Part shown: positions 38,418 through 48,323 of the stretch, piece by piece
How positions within the stretch are numbered: position 1 is the first letter of the stretch
Layout: every line of letters begins with the position of its first letter
Source of the DNA: an uncultured Acidobacteriia bacterium
Lineage (GTDB): Bacteria; Acidobacteriota; Terriglobia; Bryobacterales; Bryobacteraceae
Reading direction: 5' to 3'
Length of the DNA stretch: 64,000 nucleotides
NCBI GenBank assembly: GCA_903828455.1
Contig: CAIKMJ010000036.1
Coordinates: forward strand, 35,973-99,972
Program-made: the position numbers and the translations under genes
Notes under the pieces: model-generated
Databases searched by the model: none
What the model was told of the DNA's origin: nothing
The model's input: the letters and a program-made list of their open reading frames with translations, nothing else

Positions 38418-39148
38418 GCGAACAACTGGCAGGAAAAGTCGTACTGGTGACCGGCGCGGCGCGGCGCATCGGGCGGTCGATTGCGCTGGCGCTGGCGGCG
38501 GAAGGCGCACGCGTGGCAATCCACTACAGCGCTTCGGAAACAGAGGCGCGCGCGACGGCGGCCGAGTGCGGAAGCGGCGGACACGATGCGCCGGTGTTCC
38601 GGGCGAACCTCGAAAGCGTGGTGGAAATTCGCCGCTTATTCGATGAAGTGGCGGCGCACTTCGGACGGCTCGACGGCCTGGTCAACAATGCCGCGCGCTT
38701 CACGCAGTTCGATCCGCTGGAGATTGAAGAGGCCGACTGGGATTACATTCATTCGGTAAATCTCAAATCTGTATTTTTCTGCTGCCAGGCGGCGGCTCGC
38801 GTCATGATGCCGGCCGGGGGCGGACACATCGTCAACATCAGTTCGCTCGGCGCGCTGCAGCCGTGGGCGCGGCATGCGCACTACTGCGCATCGAAGGCGG
38901 GCGTGGTGATGCTGACGAAATCGCTGGCGAAGGCGTGGGCGCCGAAGATCTCGGTGAACAGCGTGGCGCCGGGCGTGATTCCCTTCGATAAATACGATGC
39001 GCGGATTGAGCGGCTCGTGGCAGCCACGCCGGCCGGACGCGCCGGGCGCGGCGAAGAGGTCGCCGAAGCTGTGCTGATGTTTCTGAAGAGCAGCCGGTTT
39101 ACGACAGGTCAGGTGGTGGCGGTGGACGGCGGCCTGAGTCTGCGATAG
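38414..39148 (+). CDS. SDR-family oxidoreductase (pteridine-reductase-like)
   Basis: 244 aa. VTGAARRIGRSIA cofactor motif, NNAA, and catalytic YCASKAG (YxxxK). The start overlaps the MFS stop by 4 nt. Confidence 0.8.
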   Translation: MSEQLAGKVVLVTGAARRIGRSIALALAAEGARVAIHYSASETEARATAAECGSGGHDAPVFRANLESVVEIRRLFDEVAAHFGRLDGLVNNAARFTQFDPLEIEEADWDYIHSVNLKSVFFCCQAAARVMMPAGGGHIVNISSLGALQPWARHAHYCASKAGVVMLTKSLAKAWAPKISVNSVAPGVIPFDKYDARIERLVAATPAGRAGRGEEVAEAVLMFLKSSRFTTGQVVAVDGGLSLR

Positions 39149-39740
39149 ACAAGGTCGAGAGCAGTTTGTCGACGTGCTTGGCGAGCACATCGCACTCGAT
39201 ATTGACGCGATCGCCGGGGCGGCGGTGGCTCAGATTGGTTGCCGCTTTGGTATGCGGGATGATGGCAACCTTCACCAGACCATCGGTGACCGAAGCGACG
39301 GTGAGGCTGATGCCGTCGATGGCGATGGAGCCTTTGTAAACCAGAAACCGGTCGAGGTCGCGCGGCGCCTGCACGGTGAGTTCCCAGTTGCCGTCGCCGA
39401 GTTCGCGAAGCGATTCGAGTGTGCCGGTGGCGTCGACGTGTCCCTGCACGATGTGGCCGCTCAGGCGGGCGCCGAGGGCGAGCGGGCGTTCGAGATTCAC
39501 GCGGTCGCCGGGCTGGAGATCGCCGAGATTGCTGCGGTTCAGCGTTTCCGGGGCGAGGTCGGCGGAAAAACTTTCGGCGGCGAGTTCGATGGCAGTAAGG
39601 CAGACGCCATTGACGGCGATGCTGCAGCCGGGCACGGCATCGCTCAGGACATGACCGCAGCGGATGCGCAGCCGCGCGCCGACAGCGTGGCGCGTGAACG
39701 ATTCGACCGTGCCGAGTTCTTCGACGATGCCGGTGAACAT
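39099..39740 (-). CDS. ribE: riboflavin synthase (alpha chain)
   Basis: 213 aa. [12 protein letters not shown] start and duplicated lumazine-binding repeats ([12 protein letters not shown]-like [10 protein letters not shown] and [10 protein letters not shown]). Confidence 0.92.
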   Translation of the reverse strand: MFTGIVEELGTVESFTRHAVGARLRIRCGHVLSDAVPGCSIAVNGVCLTAIELAAESFSADLAPETLNRSNLGDLQPGDRVNLERPLALGARLSGHIVQGHVDATGTLESLRELGDGNWELTVQAPRDLDRFLVYKGSIAIDGISLTVASVTDGLVKVAIIPHTKAATNLSHRRPGDRVNIECDVLAKHVDKLLSTLSIADSGRRPPPPPDLS

Positions 39741-39744
39741 CGGC

Positions 39745-40845
39745 TTATCCTTTTTTCACCCAGGCTTCGGTGGCAAACTCATCCGGAGGGATGGAGTGGA
39801 TGGTGAGGCGTTCGAGCACGATGGCATCGGCGCGGCTGGCGCGCCCCGTGCCGCCGGCGAGAGGCAGCGACTGCAGGCCGCCGAGAATCTTCGGCGCGTA
39901 ATAAAGGAAGATCTTGTCGACCACGCCGCCTTCAAGCGCCACCCAGTTCACCATGCTGCCGGCTTCAATCAGGGCCGAAAGGCATTTGCGCTCGGCGAGC
40001 AGCGAGAGAACATCGCGAAGATCGACGCGGCCGCGCGGGCCATCGAAGAGCTTCACCTCCACGCCGCGGGCTTCGAGCGCCTTGCGGCGTTCCGGGGAGG
40101 CGGCGGAGGTGCCGGCCACGAGCAGATCGCCGTTCGCCGATTTGACGAGTCGCGATTCGAGCGGCAGACGGAGCGTGGAATCGAGGACGACGCGCAGGAG
40201 CGGGCGGACGCGCGGCAGACCGCTGCGGTCGGTGAGCATGGGATCATCGGCAAGCGCGGTGCCGATGCCGGTGACGATGGCATCGTGCGCGTGGCGCACG
40301 GTCTGAACGTGCGCGCGGGCGCGGGCGCTGGTGAGCCAGCCGGTGTTGTCTTCGGGCGCGGAGATTTTGCCGTCGAGCGTGAGCGCGGATTTGAGAGTGA
40401 CGAGCGGCTTACCGGTGCGGACGAAATGGAAGAAGGCTTCGTTGAGCTTTTCGGCATCGGCCTGAGCTTCGGAGTCCATTTCGACGGCGATGCCGGCGGC
40501 GCGGAGGCGGCGGAAGCCTTCGCCCGAGACAAGCGGATTGGGGTCGCCACAAGCGGCAACCACTTTGGCGATGCCGGCGGCGATGAGGGCGTCGGCGCAG
40601 GGGCCGGTGCGGCCGGTGTGCGAGCAGGGCTCGAGCGTGATGTAAAGCGTGGCGCCGCGAGCGCGGTCGCCGGCCTCTTCGAGGGCGAGGATTTCGGCAT
40701 GTCTGACGCCTTCCCACGTGTGGAAGCCGCGCCCGACGATGACGCCGTCGCGCACCAGAACGGCGCCAACAACGGGATTCGGCGTGGCCAGAGCGATGCC
40801 TTGTTTGGCGAGGCGCAGGGCCTCATTCATGTATTGATTGCTCAT
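39745..40845 (-). CDS. ribD: bifunctional riboflavin biosynthesis deaminase/reductase
   Basis: 366 aa. Deaminase zinc motifs HAE and [11 protein letters not shown], plus a C-terminal reductase domain. Confidence 0.92.
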   Translation of the reverse strand: MSNQYMNEALRLAKQGIALATPNPVVGAVLVRDGVIVGRGFHTWEGVRHAEILALEEAGDRARGATLYITLEPCSHTGRTGPCADALIAAGIAKVVAACGDPNPLVSGEGFRRLRAAGIAVEMDSEAQADAEKLNEAFFHFVRTGKPLVTLKSALTLDGKISAPEDNTGWLTSARARAHVQTVRHAHDAIVTGIGTALADDPMLTDRSGLPRVRPLLRVVLDSTLRLPLESRLVKSANGDLLVAGTSAASPERRKALEARGVEVKLFDGPRGRVDLRDVLSLLAERKCLSALIEAGSMVNWVALEGGVVDKIFLYYAPKILGGLQSLPLAGGTGRASRADAIVLERLTIHSIPPDEFATEAWVKKG

Positions 40846-41792
40846 TTCGCGAACAGGGACTCGATGAATTTTTCGGGATCGAAAGGCAGCAGGTCGTCGA
40901 CCTTTTCGCCGACGCCGATGAAGCGGATCGGGAGGCCGAGTTCGCGGGCGATGGCGACAACGACGCCGCCTTTAGCCGTGCCATCGAGCTTGGTCAGCAC
41001 AATGCCGGTGACGCCGGAGCTTTCGGTGAATTTGCGGGCCTGTTCGAGGCCGTTCTGGCCGGTGGTGGCGTCGAGCACGAGCAGCACTTCATGGGGCGCA
41101 TCGGGAATGACGCGCGCGGCGGTGCGGCGCATCTTTTCCAGCTCGGCCATGAGGTTGGTCTTGGTCTGGAGGCGGCCGGCGGTGTCGATGATGAGGTAAT
41201 CGACCTTGCGGGATTTGGCGGCCTGCAGGGCGTCGAACATGACGGCGGCGGGGTCGGCGCCGGTGTTCTGGCGGATGACCTGGGTTGCGGTGCGCTCGCC
41301 CCAGACTTCGAGTTGTTCGACGGCGGCGGCGCGAAAGGTGTCGGCGGCGCAGAGCAGCACCGAGTGGCCGTCCGACTTGAGATGCGAGGCGAGCTTGCCG
41401 ATGGTGGTGGTCTTCCCTGCTCCGTTGACGCCGACCATCATGATGACGGCGGGCGGTTCCTCGACGGAGGCGAGCGGGCGGTCGCAGGTCTGGAGGACTT
41501 CGAGCAGATATTCGCGGATCAGGCCGCGCAGTTCATCGGCGTCATTGACGAGCTTGCGGTCGACGCGCTCGCGGATGCGGTCGAGAATTTCGGTGGTGGT
41601 GGTGACGCCGATATCGGCGCTGATGAGGGTGTATTCGAGCTCTTCGAGCAGGTCGGCGTCGATGGTCTTCTTGCCGGAGAGGACATCTTCGATGCGCGAG
41701 ACGAGGCCGGCGCGGGTCTTCTGGACGCCGCTCTTGAGCTTTTCGAGTAGAGTCGGCTCCTGCTCGACGGAGCCGAATAGAGTCTGAATCAT
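40842..41792 (-). CDS. ftsY: signal recognition particle receptor
   Basis: ATG 41792 follows AGAGGAA. NG domain motifs [25 protein letters not shown]. The stop overlaps the ribD start. Confidence 0.92.
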   Translation of the reverse strand: MIQTLFGSVEQEPTLLEKLKSGVQKTRAGLVSRIEDVLSGKKTIDADLLEELEYTLISADIGVTTTTEILDRIRERVDRKLVNDADELRGLIREYLLEVLQTCDRPLASVEEPPAVIMMVGVNGAGKTTTIGKLASHLKSDGHSVLLCAADTFRAAAVEQLEVWGERTATQVIRQNTGADPAAVMFDALQAAKSRKVDYLIIDTAGRLQTKTNLMAELEKMRRTAARVIPDAPHEVLLVLDATTGQNGLEQARKFTESSGVTGIVLTKLDGTAKGGVVVAIARELGLPIRFIGVGEKVDDLLPFDPEKFIESLFAK

Positions 41793-41948
41793 GCGTTCCT
41801 CTGATGTTAACGCGACGGGTCGGGGAGGCGGGGGGAGATCATGCGCGGAGATCATGCGCAGAGATCACGCGCGGGCGGGGCGGGCGGCGGCGCCCGGAAT
41901 TTCCAATGCGGCCTTCAATGGGAAGTGCCGGTGCCCGCCATCCGCCGC

Positions 41949-44252
41949 CTACCGCTTCTTCTTGTGACGCGGCTTCCCCTGTTTGGCGCGCTCGCGCTCA
42001 ACGATGGCGAACTGGAGCTTGCGCTCGAGGGGATCGACGCGGTCGAGCAGGACGCGCACTTTGTCGCCAATGGAAAATTCGCGGCGCGTGCGCTGGCCGA
42101 TCACTTTGCGGACGTTCTCGTGGAAGACGTAGCGGTCGCCGGGCAGGCTGTCGATGGGCACGAGGCCTTCCACAAACATTTCGGTGAGTTCCACGAAGAG
42201 TCCGAAGCGCTGGGCGCTGATGATCATGCCGTCGAACTCTTCGCCGACATGCTCCTCCATGAACTTCGCCTTCTTCCACTCGACCAGTTCGCGCTCGGCT
42301 TCGGCGGCGCGGCGTTCGGTGAGCGAGCAATCGTCGGCGATCACTTTGAGGTCGGATTCGCTGAGAAGTTCCCGGTCTTTCGGCCGCTCAAGGCTGGCCG
42401 TCAGCAGACGATGCACGATGAGATCCGGATAGCGGCGAATGGGCGAGGTGAAGTGCGTGTAGTGCGTGGCGGCGAGCGCGAAGTGGCCCTGGTTTTCCTC
42501 CGAGTAGCGAGCCTGACGCAGCGAGCGCAGCATCAGATAACTGAGGATGCGCTCCTCCGGCTTGCCTTCCACACGAGCGACCAGCTCCTGGTAGGCCTTT
42601 GACGTTACCTTGGTCTGCTTCGGCAGAATGACATCCTTATAGACCGGGCGGCCGCCGGCCTTGCGCTCGCGATAACGATGGCGCTCGATGGGAATGGCGC
42701 CGACGCCGAGCGAGTAGCCGAACTGCGCGGCAACATCCTCGAATTCCATGACGCGTTTCGGATCGGGCAGCTCGTGAATGCGGTAGATGGCCGGGTGGCC
42801 GGTCTGCTCCAGATGCGCGGCCACGGCCTCGTTGGCGGCGAGCATGAATTCCTCGATGATGCGGTGGGCGATGTTGCGCGGGCCGCGCGTGACGGCGATC
42901 ATTTCACCGGACTCGTCGAATTCAATGAGCGGTTCGGGCAGGTCGAAGTCGATGGAGCCGCGGCGGAAGCGGCGGTCGCGCAGGATTTCGGCCAGTTCGC
43001 GCATCAGGCGGAAGCGGTCGACAAGCGGTTCGTAGCGGGCGCACTGGGCGGCATCGTTTTCCAGAATCAGATGCACGTTGGTGTAGGTCATGCGCTCGGC
43101 GCTGCGGATGACGCCGCGGCAGAATTCGAAGTGCAGCGGTTCACCGGTGCGGGAGAACTCGATGAGGGCGGAGACGACGAGGCGGTCGGCGTGCGGCACG
43201 AGCGAGCAGATGTTGGTGGAAAGCTCGAAGGGCAACATGGGCACGGCGCGATCGGGAAAGTAGACGCTGGTGCCGCGCAGGCGGGCTTCGGCGTCGATGG
43301 CGCTGCCCGGGCGCACATAGTGACTGACGTCGGCGATGTGGACCTGGAGTTTGTAGTGGCCGTTTTCGAGCTTATCGACGAGGACGGCGTCGTCGAAATC
43401 GCGCGCGGTTTCGCCGTCGATGGTGACGATGGGAAGGTCGCGGAAGTCGCGGCGGCCCTGGAGTTCCTCGCTGGTGATGAATTCGGGGGCGCGCTGGGCT
43501 TCGTCGATGACGTCGGCGGGGAAGCGATTCGGCAGGTGGTGTTTGCGAATCATGATTTCGACGTCGATGCCGAAGTCGCCAGGGTGGCCGAGGACTTCGA
43601 TGACGCGGCCGACGGGGGCGTTGTGCTTGTCGCCGTATTCGAGAACTTCGGCGTTGACGATCATGCCGTCGAGATCGGAAGGGTCTGAGATCGGGACGGC
43701 TTTGGGGCCGATGCGGTCATGCGGGGCGGACTCGGCGGGGATGGCGCAGTCGACGGGGATTTCGATCCAGTCCTTGAGTCGCTCGTCGTGCGGGGCGACC
43801 CACATGCCGCGGCGGTTGATGCGAAATTCGCCGACGACGGTGGGGTGGGCGCGGCGGATGATCTTCCAGATTTCGCCTTCGGCGCGGCCGCCGTGTTCGC
43901 TGCGGAGGCGGGCGAGGGCGCGGTCGCCGTTCATGGCGCCGTGGAGGGCGTCGCGGCTGAGGTAGAGGTCGCCCTGAACGCCTTCGATGGGGCGGTCCGG
44001 CACGAGGAAGCCGTAGCCATCGCGGTGGACGCTGACGCGGCCGGCGATGTATTCCTTGTTACCGTCGGCGACGGCGAAGTGGTTGTTGGGGAGTTCGATG
44101 AGGTCGCCGCGGGCGGCCAGCCGTTCGAGGATGGCGACGATCTTATCCTTTTGCGGGGCGCTTTGGGCGCGGACGATTTTGTAGAGATTGCGGAGGGAGG
44201 TGCGTCCGCGGGGCTGCTTGCGGATGGTGTCGAGCAGCGCGGCTTCGGTCAT
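41949..44252 (-). CDS. rnr: ribonuclease R
   Basis: 767 aa. RNB catalytic domain (TIDGETARDFDDAV), a C-terminal S1 domain and a basic tail KQGKPRHKKKR. Confidence 0.92.
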   Translation of the reverse strand: MTEAALLDTIRKQPRGRTSLRNLYKIVRAQSAPQKDKIVAILERLAARGDLIELPNNHFAVADGNKEYIAGRVSVHRDGYGFLVPDRPIEGVQGDLYLSRDALHGAMNGDRALARLRSEHGGRAEGEIWKIIRRAHPTVVGEFRINRRGMWVAPHDERLKDWIEIPVDCAIPAESAPHDRIGPKAVPISDPSDLDGMIVNAEVLEYGDKHNAPVGRVIEVLGHPGDFGIDVEIMIRKHHLPNRFPADVIDEAQRAPEFITSEELQGRRDFRDLPIVTIDGETARDFDDAVLVDKLENGHYKLQVHIADVSHYVRPGSAIDAEARLRGTSVYFPDRAVPMLPFELSTNICSLVPHADRLVVSALIEFSRTGEPLHFEFCRGVIRSAERMTYTNVHLILENDAAQCARYEPLVDRFRLMRELAEILRDRRFRRGSIDFDLPEPLIEFDESGEMIAVTRGPRNIAHRIIEEFMLAANEAVAAHLEQTGHPAIYRIHELPDPKRVMEFEDVAAQFGYSLGVGAIPIERHRYRERKAGGRPVYKDVILPKQTKVTSKAYQELVARVEGKPEERILSYLMLRSLRQARYSEENQGHFALAATHYTHFTSPIRRYPDLIVHRLLTASLERPKDRELLSESDLKVIADDCSLTERRAAEAERELVEWKKAKFMEEHVGEEFDGMIISAQRFGLFVELTEMFVEGLVPIDSLPGDRYVFHENVRKVIGQRTRREFSIGDKVRVLLDRVDPLERKLQFAIVERERAKQGKPRHKKKR

Positions 44253-44482
44253 ACTTACATCCTGGCAGGTCTGGGCCGGGGAGCGCAGGCGGGGGAGCGC
44301 GGGAGCGGCGTCATGTTGCCGTTTGCCGGTGCCGCCGTCGCCATTGAGTCAGAACAATCAGCGGAAGGCGGAGAAGCCGGATTGAATGGATCTGTTAAGA
44401 CTGTGAGATCAAATTTGCGGGTGTCGATGCTCCCATCCGCAGGCGCAGGTCAAGCCACCGTCCCGCTGCTGATCTCCTTATC

Positions 44483-44554
44483 TTCCCCAATTCCAAGAAC
44501 CTCCCTAATTCCAAGAATCTCCCTGATTCCGATAACCTCGTTTCCCTCGCCGCC
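44483..44554. repeat. 18-bp tandem repeat x3-4 (ctccctaattccaagaat) in a 620-bp non-coding region
   Basis: ttccccaattccaagaac (44483), ctccctaattccaagaat (44501), ctccctgattccgataac (44519), and a degenerate ctcgtttccctcgccgcc (44537). Confidence 0.85.
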
Positions 44555-44872
44555 TGTTTTCCCGCCTCGGCAGTACACAATGAGGGCGCATGCACCGCCC
44601 TGTCCAGTTCAGCCGCCGCGTGCGGACGCAAACCAGGGGGAGTTCCGTCCCTGCGCTCCGGATTCTTTGCGCCGCGCCCTTGCGTCCCGGCAAGCGCCGG
44701 CGCATCCCGCCCAAAGGTAATTTGGCAAAACGAACCCCAGAAGCGATTGCAAACACAAGGGCGTGCGCTTGGGCTCCCACCCGCGCCCGCGCCACGCCGG
44801 GCGTGCATGTCCCGTTCGCGCCCCGCGCTGCTCCGCCAATTCACACCCGGACGCGCTACCTTGAAACAAGCT

Positions 44873-45922
44873 ATGACGCACACCAAAGCCTACGCCGCAC
44901 AGGAAGCCAAAGCGCCGCTCACGCCGTTCTCCTTCGACCGCCGCGACCCCGGCCCGCACGACGTCGCCATCGACATCAAATTCTGCGGCATCTGCCACTC
45001 CGACATCCACCAGGCGCGCGACGAATGGGGCGGCGCCAGCTTCCCCATGGTGCCCGGCCACGAAATTGCCGGCGTCGTCAGCGCCGTGGGCAGCAATGTT
45101 ACGAAGTTCCGGGTCGGCGACCACGTCGGCGTCGGCTGCTTTGTCGATTCCTGCCGCACCTGCCCCGAATGCCAGGCGGGCATCGAGCAGTACTGCGCCA
45201 CCCGCCCCGTCTTCACCTACAATTCGGCCGAAAGTGATGGCACTCCCACCCAGGGCGGCTACTCTGAGCGCATCGTTGTGGATGAAAACTACACGCTGCG
45301 CATTCCCGGCAATCTGCCGCTCGACGCCGCCGCTCCCCTGCTCTGCGCCGGCATCACGCTTTACTCTCCGCTCCGCCACTGGAACGCCGGGCCGGGTAAG
45401 AAGGTCGCCATCATCGGCCTCGGCGGACTCGGCCACATGGGCGTCAAAATCGCCCACGCTATGGGCGCTGAAGTCACCGTCCTCAGCCACTCGGAAAGCA
45501 AGCGCGCCGACGCCGCCCGGCTCGGCGCGGATCATTACTTCAACACGGGCGATCCTGACACTTTCACCAGCCTCGCGCGCAGCTTTGACCTCATCGTCAA
45601 CACGGTTTCGGCCGAACTCGACTGGGACGCTTATATCCGGCTGCTGAAGATCGATGGGGCCATGGTCGTCGTCGGGATTCCCGATAAACAGGTGCCGGTC
45701 GGGGCATTTCCGCTGGTGGGGGGACGCCGCAGCCTTGCGGGCTCCATGATCGGAGGCATCGCGGAAACACAGGAGATGCTGGACTTCTGCGGCCGCCACA
45801 ACATCGTGAGCGACATCGAAACCATCGCCATCCAGCAGGTCAACGAAGCCTATGAGCGGGTTCTGCGCAGCGACGTGCGGTACCGGTTTGTCATCGACCT
45901 CGCCACGCTGAATTCCAAATGA
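44873..45922 (+). CDS. zinc-dependent NAD(P) alcohol dehydrogenase (YahK / cinnamyl-ADH type)
   Basis: ATG 44873 (MTHTKAYAA..). GICHSD, GHEIAG, structural-zinc CxxCxxCxxxxxxxC ([15 protein letters not shown]), and GLGGLGH. Confidence 0.88.
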   Translation: MTHTKAYAAQEAKAPLTPFSFDRRDPGPHDVAIDIKFCGICHSDIHQARDEWGGASFPMVPGHEIAGVVSAVGSNVTKFRVGDHVGVGCFVDSCRTCPECQAGIEQYCATRPVFTYNSAESDGTPTQGGYSERIVVDENYTLRIPGNLPLDAAAPLLCAGITLYSPLRHWNAGPGKKVAIIGLGGLGHMGVKIAHAMGAEVTVLSHSESKRADAARLGADHYFNTGDPDTFTSLARSFDLIVNTVSAELDWDAYIRLLKIDGAMVVVGIPDKQVPVGAFPLVGGRRSLAGSMIGGIAETQEMLDFCGRHNIVSDIETIAIQQVNEAYERVLRSDVRYRFVIDLATLNSK

Positions 45923-45955
45923 CGTGCCTCGCCCATGAAACCAAACCGGGTGCCC

Positions 45956-45993
45956 GCCAGGTCATAATAATCCAGCCAGGTCATAATAATTAT
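45956..45993. repeat. 19-bp x2 tandem duplication (gccaggtcataataat) abutting the dsbA-like start codon
   Basis: gccaggtcataataat occurs at 45956-45971 and 45975-45990. The second copy ends 1 nt before ATG 45992. Confidence 0.85.
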
Positions 45994-46636
45994 GATGCGT
46001 TTTTCCCTGCTGCTCTGCTCCGCCCTGATGCTGGCGCTCATGCCGTCCGTGCTGCCGGCACAAACCGCCGCGGCCAAAAAGACTGCCGCCCCGGCCGCCG
46101 CCCTGAGTAATTTCAAGGAGTCCGGCTCGCCCGGCGCGCCGCTCACCATCGAGCTGTACACCGATTACGAGTGCCCGGCCTGCCGTGAACTCTACCTGAA
46201 CGTGCTGCCGTCCGTCATTACGGACTTCGTGCAGACCGGCAAAGCGCGGCTGATCCACCGCGATTTCCCCCTGCCGCAGCACCAGTATTCGCGCGTGGCC
46301 GTGCGTTATGCCAACGCTGCCGGCCAGATCGGCAAGTACGACCTGGTGGCGCACCAGCTTTTCCAGACCCAGCAGGAATGGTCGCAAAGCGGAAACGTCG
46401 ACGGCACCGTCGCTAAAGTGCTTACGCCCGCCGAAATGGCCAAGGTGCGGGACGCGGTGAAGAACGATTCGAAGCTCGATGAGAGCGTGGCGAAGGACAC
46501 CGCCCAGGGCGGTCTGGACCGGCTGACGCAGACGCCCACCATGGTCATCGTCTCCGGCGGCAAGCGCGAAACGCTGGCCGGCAGTCTGCCCTACCCGATT
46601 CTGAAGACGTATCTGGAAAAGAAACTGGGAAAGTAG
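45992..46636 (+). CDS. secreted DsbA-family thiol:disulfide oxidoreductase
   Basis: 214 aa. Signal peptide and thioredoxin-fold active site YECPACRE (CPAC). Confidence 0.8.
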   Translation: MMRFSLLLCSALMLALMPSVLPAQTAAAKKTAAPAAALSNFKESGSPGAPLTIELYTDYECPACRELYLNVLPSVITDFVQTGKARLIHRDFPLPQHQYSRVAVRYANAAGQIGKYDLVAHQLFQTQQEWSQSGNVDGTVAKVLTPAEMAKVRDAVKNDSKLDESVAKDTAQGGLDRLTQTPTMVIVSGGKRETLAGSLPYPILKTYLEKKLGK

Positions 46637-46643
46637 CATCGCA

Positions 46644-47165
46644 ATGAACCGCCGGCTCTCTGGCATCGCACTCGTGACGGGCCGCCTGGCGCTCGGCGGA
46701 ATTTTTCTCTACGCCGGTTACGTCAAGGGCATTCAGGAGCCGTGGCCCAATTTCGCCGCCTCGCTCTATACGTGGAAGGTGCTGCCCGATGCCTGGCTGG
46801 AACCGGTGGCGCGCATTCTGCCGTGGGTGGAAATGTCGCTCGGGCTGGCGGCGGTCACCGGCATTCTGGCCCGGTGGTTTTCTTCGATCCTGACGGCGAT
46901 GCTGGCGTTTTTTCTCTGTCTCGGCGTGTGGGGTTTTGCAACGGGACGCAAGCCGGATTGCGGCTGCTTCGGGGCCGGATCGAGCGAAGGCGGACTCGAT
47001 GCCAAGTGGTTTTCCGAACATGCGGCGATGCTGGCGCTCGGGCTCGCCGTGAGCATCGGCTACTGGATGCTGGCTAAGCGCCGTGCGCCCGTATTCGAAT
47101 TGCGGCCGGTTTCCGCCGATGCGCTGCCGGATGCCGAAGTCGGCGACGCAGCGATCGCCGAGTAG
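46644..47165 (+). CDS. MauE/DoxX-family membrane protein
   Basis: 173 aa with 4 TM helices. LGGIFLYAGYVK and the DCGCFG motif are typical of MauE-like proteins. Confidence 0.7.
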   Translation: MNRRLSGIALVTGRLALGGIFLYAGYVKGIQEPWPNFAASLYTWKVLPDAWLEPVARILPWVEMSLGLAAVTGILARWFSSILTAMLAFFLCLGVWGFATGRKPDCGCFGAGSSEGGLDAKWFSEHAAMLALGLAVSIGYWMLAKRRAPVFELRPVSADALPDAEVGDAAIAE

Positions 47166-47233
47166 GCCGCCGCGCGCTGGCCGGGGCTTCGCGTCAGCTC
47201 GTTGGTTCGCGTCAGTTAGAATAGAGGCGATTT

Positions 47234-47803
47234 ATGCGCAGACTCCTGATCCTTTCCTCGCTCCTGGTTTCTTTCTTTGCCGCACAGGCCTTTTCGGCGC
47301 CACAGGTGCCGCGAAAGGCGGCGGAGTTCGTCGTCAATATGATCGACGGCCAGCAGAAGCTGCTCAGTTCGCTGCGCGGCAAGACGGTGGTGGCGGCCTT
47401 CATGTTCACCACCTGCCCGCACTGCAAGAAGACGGCGGGCGTGCTTTCCAAGGTGCAGGACGAATACGGCGCCAAAGGCGTGCAGGTGGTCGGCGTGACC
47501 TTCGACCAGGGGGCGCAGGCGCGCGTAACGGGCTTCATCCAGGAGACGGGCGCGAACTTCCCGGTCGGCTATTCGACCCAGGGGCAGGTGCTGGAATTCC
47601 TGCAGGTGCCGCAGACAGAACCCTACTTCGTGCCGATCCTGGTGTTTATCGATAAAACGGGGATGGTCCGCGGAGAATACGTCGGCGACGAAAAGTTCCT
47701 CGCCCAGCAGGAAGTGAACATCCGGGCCGAGATCGACAAGATGCTGCACGGCTCCGCCGCGCCGGCGCCGGCGGCGAAAGCGGCCGCGCCCGCCAAAAAG
47801 TAG
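47234..47803 (+). CDS. secreted TlpA/redoxin-family thiol-disulfide oxidoreductase
   Basis: 189 aa. Signal peptide and FMFTTCPHCKK (CPHC) in a thioredoxin-like fold. Confidence 0.8.
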   Translation: MRRLLILSSLLVSFFAAQAFSAPQVPRKAAEFVVNMIDGQQKLLSSLRGKTVVAAFMFTTCPHCKKTAGVLSKVQDEYGAKGVQVVGVTFDQGAQARVTGFIQETGANFPVGYSTQGQVLEFLQVPQTEPYFVPILVFIDKTGMVRGEYVGDEKFLAQQEVNIRAEIDKMLHGSAAPAPAAKAAAPAKK

Positions 47804-47834
47804 CCACGCGGCGAGGCAGTCAGGCCATACCAAT

Positions 47835-48320
47835 ATGCTGAACCTTCATGCCGTCCGGGCTGAGATTCCGGAGAACGCCAATATTGTGCTCGGCCAGAGT
47901 CACTTCATCAAGACGGTGGAGGATCTCTACGAAGCGCTGGTGAATTCCGCGCCGCAGATCAAATTCGGCGTGGCTTTCAACGAAGCGTCCGGCCCCTGCC
48001 TGACGCGTGCCGATGGCAATGACGATGGTCTGCGCGATGCCGCGGTCGGGATCGCGAGCGCCGTGGGTGCGGGCCACTTTTTCGCCGTGGTGATGCGGGA
48101 GGCATTTCCGATCAACGCCCTGAAAGCGATCGAGGCCGCGCCGGAAGTCTGCAACATTTTCTGCGCGACGGCCAATCCGGTTGAAGTGATCGTGGCGGAA
48201 ACCGAACAGGGGCGCGGCGTGCTGGGCGTGGTCGACGGCTCCTCGCCGAAGGGCGTGGAATCGGCGCAGCAGGCAGCGGACCGGCACGCGTTCCTGCGCA
48301 AAATCGGCTACAAGCGTTAG
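47835..48320 (+). CDS. adenosine-specific kinase family protein (PF04008-like)
   Basis: 161 aa. GQSHFIKTVEDLYEALV and IFCATANPVEVIVAETEQGRGVLGVVDG match the archaeal/bacterial adenosine-specific-kinase family as I recall it. Confidence 0.75.
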   Translation: MLNLHAVRAEIPENANIVLGQSHFIKTVEDLYEALVNSAPQIKFGVAFNEASGPCLTRADGNDDGLRDAAVGIASAVGAGHFFAVVMREAFPINALKAIEAAPEVCNIFCATANPVEVIVAETEQGRGVLGVVDGSSPKGVESAQQAADRHAFLRKIGYKR

Positions 48321-48323
48321 TCG

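Noticed and set aside
40846-41000. Looked for an FMN riboswitch upstream of ribD-ribE
   Set aside because: The ribD start overlaps the ftsY stop (ATGA-type junction), so there is no leader. None of the conserved FMN-element sequence was seen elsewhere in the window.
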